Positions 1-12,048 of a DNA stretch of 64,000 nucleotides are shown piece after piece. The stretch covers positions 29,140,001-29,204,000 of the forward strand of contig CM060732.1 in the NCBI GenBank assembly GCA_030704615.1, given 5' to 3'. How positions within the stretch are numbered: position 1 is the first letter of the stretch; every line of letters starts with the position of its first letter. The notes under the pieces were generated by a model. That model had not been told where the DNA came from. It saw only the letters and a program-made list of their open reading frames with translations, and ran no database searches. Position numbers and translations under genes: made by a program. Source of the stretch: Takakia lepidozioides (lineage: Eukaryota > Plantae > Bryophyta).

Positions 1-560
1 CCAAACAGTGTGCGGCAACTGTTTGGGCCCCCATTTCCGGTTGTTTTTTTATTTCAAAATGGGCCACAAAGGGCCAGTATGCCATGCTCAAAATACCCCT
101 AATTGGAAACCCCAAACAGTGTGCTTCAAAGCACACTGTTTGTGGCCCCCTCTATGCCTGTTTTTTGATTTCAAAATGGGCCATACTTGATGTCTAAATG
201 TGCCACACATGGCCAGTGTGCCAAGTTCAAAACACCCGTAGTTGGAAGCTTCAAACAGTGTGCGGCAACGCACACTATTTTGGCCCCCTTTGCGGTTGTT
301 TTTTGACTTCAAAATGGGCCACAAATGGCCAGTATGCCATGCTCAAAATACGCCTAATTGGAAGCCCCAAACAGTGTGCTTCAAAGCACACTGTTTGAGG
401 CCCCCTCTGTGCCTGTTTTTTTATTTCAAAATGGGCCATGTTTGATGTCTAAATGTGCCACACAAGGCCAGTGTGCCAGGTTCAAAACACCCGTAGTTGG
501 AAGCACCAAACAGTGTGCGGCAACGCACACTATTTGTGACCCCCCTTTCCGGTTTTTTGT
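1..560. repeat. Tandem/satellite-like repeat, unit ~250-255 bp with ~125 bp internal subunit (cut by window edge)
   Basis: CAAACAGTGTGCGGCAAC recurs at ~2, ~252 and ~507; TTCAAAATGGGCCA recurs at ~53, ~170, ~308 and ~425. Confidence 0.85.
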
Positions 561-1965
561 TTGTAAATCTGCATTCTTGTTCCTCTTCTTGGTCGTTCTC
601 GGATGGAGTTGCATAAGTTGCTCAAATGAATATGTAGGTGCCTGGTTTTCAAGCTTTTTAGATCCTTCTGGATGTCCTGTGCGCAGACACGTTTGTTTGA
701 AGCTGTTTGTCTCGTCCGAGTGCATCCACCTACGACTCCAGCCGTCATTAGGGAGTTTGCCATCACTTATGGGGGCAAGTTCATATACGAGAGGACAGAT
801 CCTCCCACGGATGACATGCACCACAACTACGTGGACAACAACGTCTACTTGCGAAGGGGGAATGGGGTTCCTTGGATAGGGGCCAGGGAGAGGAGCCCGG
901 CTTTCATTCAAACGATTGTGTCCAGAGTGTTGCACCTACACCGACGCCAGAGTTTTGGATTTGTCAATGGGCACAGGTTCGTCTCTTCAACATTCACATT
1001 TGATCGGGTTTGTTTGAGCTTGCACTTTCAGCGCTTCTCATTGTTCCAAATGAGTCTTCAATGTCTATTTCTTTCCTTCTATTCCATTGCTGGTGCTTCG
1101 TACCACGCTTGCAAGGCCACTGCGCGACATCTCTTCGGGATTGAAGGGGATGCCGAAATTTACAAGAACCTCCTGATAGGTTTGGGTGGACAAACTTTTC
1201 AAGTGCTTCCAAAGCCGCTTCTCAGTGATATTGATACAGGGGAGACGTCCGACAAGGAGCTGGACTCCGACTTTGCCTGTGAGTAAGTTCAACCTGTGGA
1301 TGCTTGCATTCTTGTTTCACTGGAATCACTGTTCTTAAAGTAGGGTGCACATGGGAGACATCCTCTTCGTTGGATTTGTGCATTGCATCATTGTTTTAAA
1401 ATGGATTTTTGTCGACTTGTGCAGGAGTCTGTGTGCTTCCACTGACCCTCCAGGGCTATCACCACTTCTTGGACTTCTTTCAAGTCCTCCTCAGTCTTAC
1501 ATGCTACCTGTCTATGTGGAGGCACTCACAACAAGCATGTTCGTTCATGACATTCGCAGTCCAACCATTGACGGTCGTGGTAGAAGACGTGGTGTTGGGG
1601 CCGGAATCTTTGTGGATGACATAGCAGAGGAGGTCAATTCTGATTCTGATGACTTTGACACTTGATATCAAGTTTTCTTTTACTTTTATTCGGGGCCAAT
1701 TTTGAGATGGGATGGTGGTGTGTCCTTGTTAACCTGTTTGCAATGTGTGCGTGGGATGCAAATTCCTGGGAACAAACTATCGTTGGAGATGGGGGTTGCA
1801 TGGATTGCCTGTATTGTTCTTTCAATCTCTTTAGTGTTTTCCGGAGCTCACAGTCTTGCAAAAACAAACAAACGTCTTTGGTTTGGGCAGTGCATTCTCG
1901 CATCATTTGCTCGTTGGTCTCCAAACCATTCCAGCCAGAAGAATGCTTGGTAAATCCACCACATT

Positions 1966-4900
1966 AAAGTCCACGTGATCAAAGATTGTTCAGGCATTCT
2001 TCTACTGAGCATCCATGATGCTCCCGCACATACCATACATGTTGGCAAGGGTGGTAAGTAAGAAAACATTTCTCAGGGATCCGCTTTGAATGATGTGAGT
2101 GTGCACCTGCTCACGACGTAGCCACATTCCAATGCAAGGGCTTGGTATGTTAATAACGTCTAAATAGATGCAATGGATAGAAAGGATGGATACAATGGAT
2201 GTAACACATCCAGTCTGCATTCCCTGGAAATGGCTGATCAACTCGCGGTAATAGGTGACACCCGCGGAAATAGGCCTTGTATGCATGCTGACGTGGCGTG
2301 AGCCTGTGCTGGGCTCACGAGCTCCTGGGTTCACAGGCTCACGCCTCCGGGCTCACGGAATAGCACCCCTCGATGCTTTGTGAGGCAGGCAGACTTAAAG
2401 AGGCTCTACTGACTTTAAGCCAAGGAGGCATTTCAGCAGATTCAGATACGTATGTCTGTCTCTTACATAAGTGCATCAAGATGAAAGGCCTTGAAGCTAG
2501 AAAGCAGGTACACACTCTCATTATCCAAAGTGCACGCCAAATATTTTCCTACTCAACACCCTTGTCAACATGTATGTTATGTGCGGGAGCATCATGGATG
2601 CTCACCAAGTGATCAACAGAATGCCTCAACGATCTTTCATCACGTGGAACACGATGCTTGCAGGGTGTGCACAATAGGGGCGTGGTATGGAGGCCTTGGA
2701 GAATGTGGTGAGGGCACCTTCTTCTTCGACCTATTTCAACCTGTTTTTTCCCTCTCATCAGACTCGACCCTGAATTTACATATTGAGTTGTCAAGGACAA
2801 TGTGGAGAGGGCACCTTCTTCTTTGACCTATTTCAGCCTGTTTTGCCCTCTCATCAGACTCGGCCTTGAGATGCATATTGAATTTTGTAAGTTAGCTCGT
2901 TGGTGGATCTGTGGTGGTTTGGAATGACTATGACAAATAACTGCCGATGTGGCAGCAGGAAAGTATCCAAAACAGATAACAGAGATGAGGAGAAGGTGTG
3001 GAATGAATACTTTGTTGACCCCAGTGAATGGTGGAACAACCGAGGCAAAAAGTTGAATGCCTATTATATGACAAAGAGTAGCAAACGAATTCAACATAGG
3101 AACTAGTGTGATTGGGTGTTTCCTTGGTTGTCATTGTCAGCTGCTAGCAGCAAGGGCAAAGATGAATGCATGATTTGTGCAGAGGCATGGATAGCTGAAC
3201 GAGAAGGGATAGAGTGTGGGTCCATATTCATCCAAGAGGGCCGGACTTCAAGCTCCAGATTACCTGTGATTCCATGTGGATCAATAGCTACAAGAAACCT
3301 AAATGGGAAGATGGTCAACTAAAGGCAATAGCTGCAGCGGCACAGTTGATAAAATCAGGCACGTCCTCAAGCATGACCGCAGCTTCTGAAAGAGGATCAA
3401 GAGAGGGACTCCACAATGCCTTTTCTGCAGGGCATGTGAAGATGCTTTATGAGGCAGGCAGGCTGACAAAGGCTCTAGGTCTGGAAGCTGGAATCAGGTG
3501 CACACTCACATTATCCAAAGTGGATTCATGCCAAATGTTTTTTTTACTCAACACCCTTGTCAACATGTATGTTAAGTGCAGGACATCATGGATGCTCGCC
3601 AAGATTTCTATAGAATGCCTCAGCGATCTTTGATCATGTGGAATATAATGTTGGCAGGATTTACCAAGCATGGGTGTGGTAGGAATGCTTTGGTGACCTA
3701 TGAGCAAATGTTGCGCAAAGGGGTGAAGCCCAACCACATCACGCTTGTGCAAGTTTGCAATGCGTGCGCAAGCCTGAGACCTCTGGAAAAGGGGAAAGAG
3801 GTCCATGGTGACATCATCAAAGCTGGAATTGTACCAGATGTCATCCTGAACACTTCATTAGCAGTGGGCCTTGAACTATCAATTGTGCTATTGCCATTGC
3901 TGTTTCCAATTGACCATCTACCCACTCATAGCCGTTGTGCTATTGAAGAAGGTGCCCCCCCTTCCCCCATCATTTGATCATAGGTCTCCAAAGCCTCCAT
4001 ACCATGTGCCTACTGTGCATACCCTGTAAGCATCACGTTCCATGACATTTGGTTCAGCCATACTGTTGAAAACTCCCTTCACATCCTTAATGCACCCACA
4101 TTTAGCATAGACGTCCACCAGGGGATCCAGATTCATGTTCAGGTTCAGACTGAGGGATCAATAGCTACAAGAAATCAGCTGGAGTAGATGGTCAATTGTT
4201 GCAAGTGGAAACAACAGCGGCAGCACAATTGATAGAATGAGGTGCTGCTTATGAAGGCACCTTCCTCAACACATTTCAGTCTGTTTTTCCAAATAGGGTT
4301 GGGGTGTAAGAACAATCTAGGCTGTCATCATCAGCTGTTAGCAGCAAGGCAATGATATATGCATGATTTGAGCGGAGGCATGGATAGTTGAAGGAGCAGG
4401 GATAGAGTGTGGGTGCAGATTCACCCAAGAGGGCCGGGCTTCAAGCTCCAGATTGACTCTACAGCTACAACAAACCTGCATGGGTAGATGGTCAACTGGC
4501 AGCAGCAGCACAATTTATAAAAGCAGACACTGCTAATGAAGGCATCTTCTTCAACACATTTCATCTTGTTTTTCCCTCTTAGAAGAATCGGCCCTAAATT
4601 TCCATGTTTCATTCTGCAAGTTAGCTAGTTGAGTGATTCTGCTAGTCTATGAAATGTAACAGGCATTCACCTTTTTGCCTCGGTTGTCCCATCATTGACT
4701 GGGGCAGAACAGCATTCATTCCACAACTTCTCCTCATTTCTGTTACTTGTTTTTTGATACTTTTCTGTTGTCACATTGGCAGTATCATGTTAAAGTCATT
4801 CAGCATTGGAACTAATGTGAGAAGTTGAGTTGGATGTTTCCTAGAATAAATCTAGGCCGTCATTGTCAGCTACTAGCAGCAAGGCAAGGATGAATGTATG

Positions 4901-5030
4901 ATTTGTGTAGAGGCATGTATAGCTGAAGGAGCAAAGAGAGTGTGGGTCCAGATTCATCCAAGAGGGCCAGATTTCAAGCACAAGATTACCTATGATTCCC
5001 TGTGGATCAATAGCTACAAGAAACTTGCAC
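1966..5030. pseudogene. Scrambled cluster of PLS-class PPR gene fragments and OSB-type PDF-motif exons, both orientations
   Basis: PPR fragments: MLCEAGRLKEAL..DSDTYVCLLHKC..KQVHTLIIQS (2373+), LNTLVNMYVKC/WNIMLAGFTKHGCGRNAL..KPNHITLVQVCNAC (3545-3860 +), LTTLANMYGMCGSIMDA (~2000-2120 -), LVDVYAKCG (~4095-4120 -). PDF motif: EEKVWNEYFVDPSEWWNNRGKK (2988-3051) and IHPRGPDFKHKITYDSLWINSYKK (4952-5023). Many stops and frameshifts. Confidence 0.8.
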
Positions 5031-5049
5031 TGAGTCTCTTACTACACTA

Positions 5050-8000
5050 GGATCTTGTAGAGCATAGACTATACTACTCTCACACCACGAGCAAAAAGAG
5101 AATGCACTCACATCAAGCAACCTCTTGAGGTTGTACAGCCTGAAGACGAAAGTAGCAGCTCACTACTTTGAAGTACTAAGCACTTCCACACTGGTTTTCG
5201 AGGAACTAGAGCCCATGCAAATTCATGTTTGCTCTTTTTAGCCAAGCATCCAACTGATGAGCACATCCAACAAAATGTTCACAGAACATCCTTATTCTTT
5301 CTAGAAAATAAAATGGTCAAATGCAGATTGACGTATATCATCTCCCAGAAAACAAAACTGTACATATTACCTCCAAAAATGAGATGGGGAAAGCACTTAA
5401 TGAATCAACATCTCGTGAGCATCTCGTCCATCTATGTAGAAATCCCATTGCGGTTATCAAAGCCTCAGCCGGCTTCACCATATTACAATGGAAAACCAAG
5501 CAGCTTTAGACATGCTTCTTTCATTAGTAGTGTTATCAGCTCCTCCTGCACACCTCACTGAGCAAGCAATGCTAAACTAGCTGTGCAACACTAGCTTCCC
5601 TTCCAGGTGCGTGAGTCAGCGTTTTCATTATGTGCTTTATAATACAATACGCTTGTTAATATTCATATTTTAAGCCTCAATCTCTTTAAGTATAGCAAAT
5701 CCCAACAAATCAGACCCACTAAACATTCTTTCTGACATGCAAATATACTTGTAACGAGTAGATAACAGCTGTGGATGGCTAAATCCCTCCTTCAACGACT
5801 CACCAGTGACAAGGCATTTTCCAAATAGGAGGTATTGCATAACATTCATGTAGGTTGCATGGATAGAATAAGGCTCATTGGAACCGTGGCAACTATCATC
5901 CACCTTCATTTACATGTTGAACACGACAATATCTTCAAGACGAGGGTCTTCAAATGCAATCTCTTTACAAGATCTTCGTTCCGCTTCTGATTTATCCTTC
6001 AGATCTTTGAAGTACAGAAAGTGGTTGGGAAATCGCTCCTTCATATCTCTTTCACACCGTGTTAGAACTTCGAGTGTCAATGTTACAGTGTCCCAGTTTG
6101 GAAGGTCGCCAGTTGCATGCGCCAAGGCGGCAAATGTGAAGCTTCTCTGAACTTGTTGTCCGTACGAAACAATCATGAACATAAGAAAGCCAAAAAATGC
6201 GATCGGTGAGCCAAACACAGAGTGACGGTACTATGCACAATATACCACAAAGACTATCAATATAAATGTAAATTATGAAGAAAAAAGACACCAGCAAAAG
6301 AAGAATAATCCAACAAATTTAACTGCATGTGAATGATAAAGGGAAAGAGAATAAACGCAAAGTAGTATACCCCTGTATTATTGAAGAATTTCTTCCAAGC
6401 TGAAGTTAACAGACTCCGGGTGGGACCGCCAGCATCAATGTGCCCCCTTCAACAAGAAACATTCCATTCATGTACTTGACATGTATTGGAGGGATGCATA
6501 CACCCTGCTCGTAGTGCTCATCAAAGAATGCCCGTAATGTCAACAATTCAAATCCCGCCCTAGGCTGCACAAACATCATCTGGAACAATATCGATAATTA
6601 TTTCATTTGCTATTGCAGAAAGTACATTGACACTACGCATTGAGGCCTCTGAGCACTGCCAGTTGAATCGCAAGTGCTTTGAGTGCCATATTGATGCTAG
6701 ATAAACCTGAACGACATGGCTACTAGCTATCAGCTGAGAATTAAGGAAGCCATGTATACTGGGATATTCAGAGCAAAGTACAATGTACCTGTAGTTCATA
6801 CGAGGGCAAATGCATTAGAATGCATGTGTAGCTGGTCATCAAATACTTCAAGTAGTGTTGGACTCGGGCCTCATATGCATCTGAATACTCTTTCATAGCT
6901 TGTCGGAACTCCATGGCCAATAAGTCAACCTCATCATTTCGACAGTTTGGATCGATCGCACTGTAAGTAGATGAATATGTCATAGCATTCTTGAAAGCAT
7001 CCAGCCTACTTGTCATGCTCTCCAACGTAGAGAGGCTAAGATGACAATGTGGCATATCCATTACTTTGTTCCAGATATCAGAAGCAGATAAAATTCCAAG
7101 GGACTCATGATAGATTCACCAATCAACTCCGTTATGATCTCCCAGTTTTTCCAATCTGGGGATGCATGCTCCTCAAACAAATTTTGAAAGTCATATTTTG
7201 AGTAGGCACGCAAACATGAACTCTCTTCCAAGAATGCCTCTACCTCATGTAAACTCTTTTGGTTGAGCCCAAAATGATTTTCCACCGCGCAATCAACATA
7301 GTAAAGGAAGAATTCCTGTCACAGTCCGAGTTAGAGTCGGTGATGTTGCCACATGCAACCATTGCGTCCTGTAGGTACGAGAAGAAGTTCTCCCACTTCT
7401 GTAGCTTCTCTGCATCAAACAGTGGCTCAACAACTCTTGTACCACGACTCTTTTCTTGTAGCTCATGCAAACTACCGCTTGCTCTCTCGAAAGTACGCTG
7501 CAATCCATTCATGATGTCATTGTAATCATTCGTGAATTTCGAAGTATCTTTTTTCGCCAATCGTGCTATTGTCAAAGGAGAGTTTTGACTGGCAAACACA
7601 TTTGAATGCATGTCACAAAGATCAATCACCTCCGTTTGTCTCCTAGGTGTGGATGCTGGAGATGAGCATACATGAACAAGAGTAGGTGAGAGGTTCAAGT
7701 GGGAAATGGGGGTAGAGATGGGAATCGGCTGTCCACCATCTTCGCCACAAATACGTCTTTTGTTTGCAGTTGAAGTTTGTCCTTTGTGCATTTGCGATGT
7801 TGATACGTCATGTCTGGGGCGCACATTCCTTGCTCCTTGTATTGGCCTCTCAGCAGGTATGGGAGGCCTAGCTTTGGGAGGAGTTTGTGTCTATGTGACA
7901 CGCCTGATTTGTTCACACGAAGTCAAAGGCAACGGGGTTTCACCACCAACATTACCCTCCTCTTTGTCATCATCTAATCCCACAATTGCCTCTTTGTCGT

Positions 8001-10400
8001 CATCCAATCCCACAATTGCCTCGTCCACAACGAATGACCTTCATTTGAGCACTCAACTGATTTGACATAATTATGAACTTGAGAAGCTAGCACTATCGTG
8101 CTGGGATCCGGTATGTAGATAATCTGCAATTCAACCCAGCAAAAATAACATTGAAGATTAGTCCATCTGGATAAGTTACTCATGACCACTTCCAAATGGA
8201 CGCAATAGCCGCCAAGTGACACTCTTAAATAGCTCTTAGCTAAGCTGGCTCCAACTACACCGTTGTAGTCGGGAGGTGCCATGTCGTCCTCCTCATCCAC
8301 GTCCTCCACATGCACTCGGGAGCCACTTGCGCCTGAAGCCCGCCTCGGTCCAGTCCACAGGTTCATCAGACCGCCATGAACGCCTGATCCTCCTCCTCAT
8401 CCAGATTGTGGACGAATATCTTCCTCTTTGTTGTGCGTGTGAAAAGGTCACCTTCCAAGCCGTCCGCACGGTTATCTTGGACAAGTTCTATTTTGAAAAA
8501 TATACCAAGTTTAATGTTGTCACTATCAAGTACGAACTCAATGAGAGATGAAAAGGTGAACTTACCTGCGGTTTTCCATTCTTCTTGATTGGAAAACGTG
8601 ACCAAGGCATGTCTTTACTGAGGAAAAAAATAGAATCTGGTCCAGTACCTATCAGTCCAACTCCATCCTTTAAAACATCTTTTCCAGTTTTCAATTGGAA
8701 GAAAAGACCCGCGATGTTGGCATATCTAGGCCGGTCGTAAAAAACCGATGCTGCCAATACAATTGCTTTTTGACAGGTTCCATCTTCAAATGGGCTATCA
8801 TCTGGATATCCGTAGCCTCCCCACTTTGTATCGGGCGGTAAACTGACACTCAAAACTCTTTTGTAGTAGAAGTAACCACTCTAATCACTTGTACATCTCC
8901 AGTTCCTTCATCTGTGTGTGAACATGGTCTTCACATCTAAGGGACAAGCAATGTGACGTTCCAGGGTGCGTTCAACTGTAGAAGCCCTTGTTCGCATCAG
9001 CCCTCCAAGTGTAGGTGGACGTCCTGCATATCTTGCTGAAGGAGATCTTCCAAGGGGATTGAGTGATCTGGAAGTCCGAAGTGTACTACCTGTAAGTGTT
9101 CTTGGATGGATCAGCCCAATTCTTGGACGGTGCAATTCTCGTGGGAAATTGAAACCATAGCTGTCGGTCACCTCTTGGGACAAGTTGCTAATGTTGTAAG
9201 GACCGTTCATCGCACTAGGGGCTGGTCCAAGAGTAGAGCTTGTTGGCAAAGTAGAGCTGCACACAGACGGAGCATTAGTACTATTCATTTCAGGCGGTAA
9301 TGCTCGTCCATCAATGGTGATTGATTCGGATGATGGTCCATGGGAAGACACAGACGATATTGACGAGGGAGAAGAAACTTAGTGGTGAATCGTGTAGATC
9401 TTCTTCGCAACCTCAGCTAATAGGTGGACCTACATACATACACAACAATATATTAGAATCGATTTGTATGAATCACTACATTAGATTAACATAGACCTAG
9501 TATATTTTAAAGATTTGTAAGCAAATGATGGACTATATGAAGTAGATAGCAATTGAAACTTAGTGGAGACCTTGGAAATGCACCAGCAAGGGTCTTTATA
9601 CATACCAATTAAGGGCTCACAGGCAACATGCACGAATATATACATATCTCTGCCCCACGATTTTCATGACAAATACACACTCAACGAGTGTAGCTAGTTC
9701 CCAAAGCTGCAGGCAATTGCAAGTAATTACCTTGGAATGTACCCAAGATCACTTGACAGCTTCTCCGTAAGAATCAGCTTCAGCTAATCGATTTGGACCA
9801 CAATTGGCTCTTTGTTGACAAACCACAGTGAGGGTATCTGCCATCTCAACAGATGAAGAAAGTTGTGTAGCTCATTTACTTCTTCTTACCTCCAAACATT
9901 GCGTAGCTATCACAACATGGGCACCTCTTGAATGGACACCTAGCTGTAACTTCCTGACGCAAATCCACAAATCTACACCACTGAAGATGACTTGCTCGCT
10001 AATTGTAGTGAGGACTGCTTCATTCCGTTACACAAACATATAAGGTGAGTCAGTGACACACGGTCAATTTGACCACAACATGATAGCAAGAAGAGAGCAA
10101 GAAAGGCACCTTAAGCTCAAGCTTGCGAACCCGGGCTTGTGTTACTCGCAAAGTTGGCCGATGGCCAATGCTTGCATGTAGAATCACCTTCCAAATATAC
10201 TCTTAAACTTGTGACTTGATACAATCCACACCCGAAGCTTGCAAAATCCGTGTAGCCAAAAGCATCATTGAAAGGTTTCTACATCACTAATCAACAGAAC
10301 CTATGCTTCATGTATCCTGTCAATCTATTGATAGATGCCAAATTGTTTGCTCCAAGTTCTCCGTAGTTTGTTCCGCGTTCTCTCTCCTCTCCTGCAGAAG
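5050..10400 (-). pseudogene. Degenerate multi-exon coding region of unknown family
   Basis: Chain of minus-strand ORF pieces (5670-6218, 6406-7824, 7974-8853, 8908-9351) with protein-like composition, broken by isolated in-frame stops; GT-AG-like boundaries visible; no family confidently recognised. Confidence 0.4.
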
Positions 10401-10932
10401 GGTGTGTTACAGTCTGGAAAAGGTGGCGAGATGATAATTAAATGGTAGCACTTTTGAAAAGGGTGCTTGGTAGTACTCATAACAACAAACGGCTGATGCC
10501 GAGACTAGATCTCCCTCCCACTTATAAGGCCCTTGAACAATCTGTATATATGATTGCGAAAAGGTGGCGGGTGATAAATTGTTAGCATTTTTGAAATTGG
10601 TGCTCGGTAGTACTAGTAATACTTCATAAGAACACGGATACCGATAGCACCTAGATATCTTCCTACTGGCCCTTGAACAAGACGGCTCGGATGCTGGTAC
10701 ATATGTACAGTTGTTAGGTACCTGCTCCTCAATCAGACAGTATCTTGTCCTTGACAATCATAACTGCCAACCCTTGCATATGTCTAGGAGAGGACATACG
10801 TTTCGGTTTATGGAAATAGTGTTACGTGACAGTCCTTGTAAGGGGAGGATTGCAGCACTTCACACAGTTTCGCCAAGTGTATAGTATACATGCTGTATCG
10901 TCTCTGGAATTCCAATACAGTTAGTACAGAAA

Positions 10933-11060
10933 TAACTTGTAACCATACCATAGTCGTGTATTCGTATAGACGTATAGACTACGATTAAAAAATTATTAAC
11001 TTGTAACCATACCATAGTCGTGTATTCGTATAGACGTATAGACTACGATTAAAAAATTAT
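10933..11060. repeat. Perfect 64-bp tandem duplication
   Basis: TAACTTGTAACCATACCATAGTCGTGTATTCGTATAGACGTATAGACTACGATTAAAAAATTAT at 10933-10996 and 10997-11060. Confidence 0.9.
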
Positions 11061-12048
11061 TAATTTTTTAAACGCGAAATATTGCGAATATTTCTTACAC
11101 AAGTCTCTTAAAGAAAAAATGCGAGAAACTTATATATAAGTGTACCAGTTTAAGAAACTGGTTTAATGGAAAGTATCCTCCAATTTTGATGATTAAAAAA
11201 CTACAAAACAACTGATTTCATTACATTGCGCAAAAGATTTGAACCCCAGATAAATGTGACCCAGATCGCTTCAAGTAGCCATCAAACCCATCAACGCCAT
11301 CTACACGTATATTTGAACATTTATACTTATAAATCGGTTTCTAAACAATCTCGCCCATGCAAAATGAAATGGGCACTGTCATGTACACATGGTATGATGC
11401 CATTGATGCAGAGCACATCTGTGCATGCATCTGTTGCTGCCACATGTCTGAACACCATGCCCATCTACATACACTACATGTGCACACATGCATGCCATCG
11501 CTGCCGGAGATGCATGCCGGTCATGTCCCGGTGACGTTGCCGACAGATTGTGCTGGAAACCCTCAAATTTTGGCAACCGGCAATATCAACCGTTATCGGT
11601 GGAAATCTCGGCAACGGGTCAGAGGGCAATGGCAGATAGAAACAAGGGGTGGAAAATAAATTTTAAAATGCTGTGAAATGCAGAAAGTGCAAACCGTCCA
11701 CAAGCCTCCCATTTTGACGATTTCAATGTGTTAACACGTGAGAACTCGTTCTCTCGTGCGCAAATCATGTCAGAGGTGCAGAATGGTGCAAAGAGGACGC
11801 CATAGGTGCGACCGCAGTAAGTATTTGAAGTGGGAGATTATGTTGCATTGAAACTCGCGGGTGGATTGAGCAGCGAGCAGGCTGGCATCGATTACAACAC
11901 CTGGAGAAGCTTCCCGGGTGCTCCCTCAAGTGGGTAACTTTCCGTCTTGCTTTCTATTCTGTTTTCTTCTCTAACTGGTTTATTGGGAGTCAGTATGCTT
12001 TTGGAGTTTGTTCTTTCAGTTGTTTAGCCACTGTTGCTATACTGCAGA

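Noticed and set aside
8-445. Repetitive short ORFs
   Set aside because: Products of the ~250-bp tandem repeat.
5050-10400. In-frame stops repaired by U-to-C RNA editing
   Set aside because: Such editing is organellar; this is nuclear DNA, frameshifts are also present, and methylation-driven C-to-T decay is simpler.
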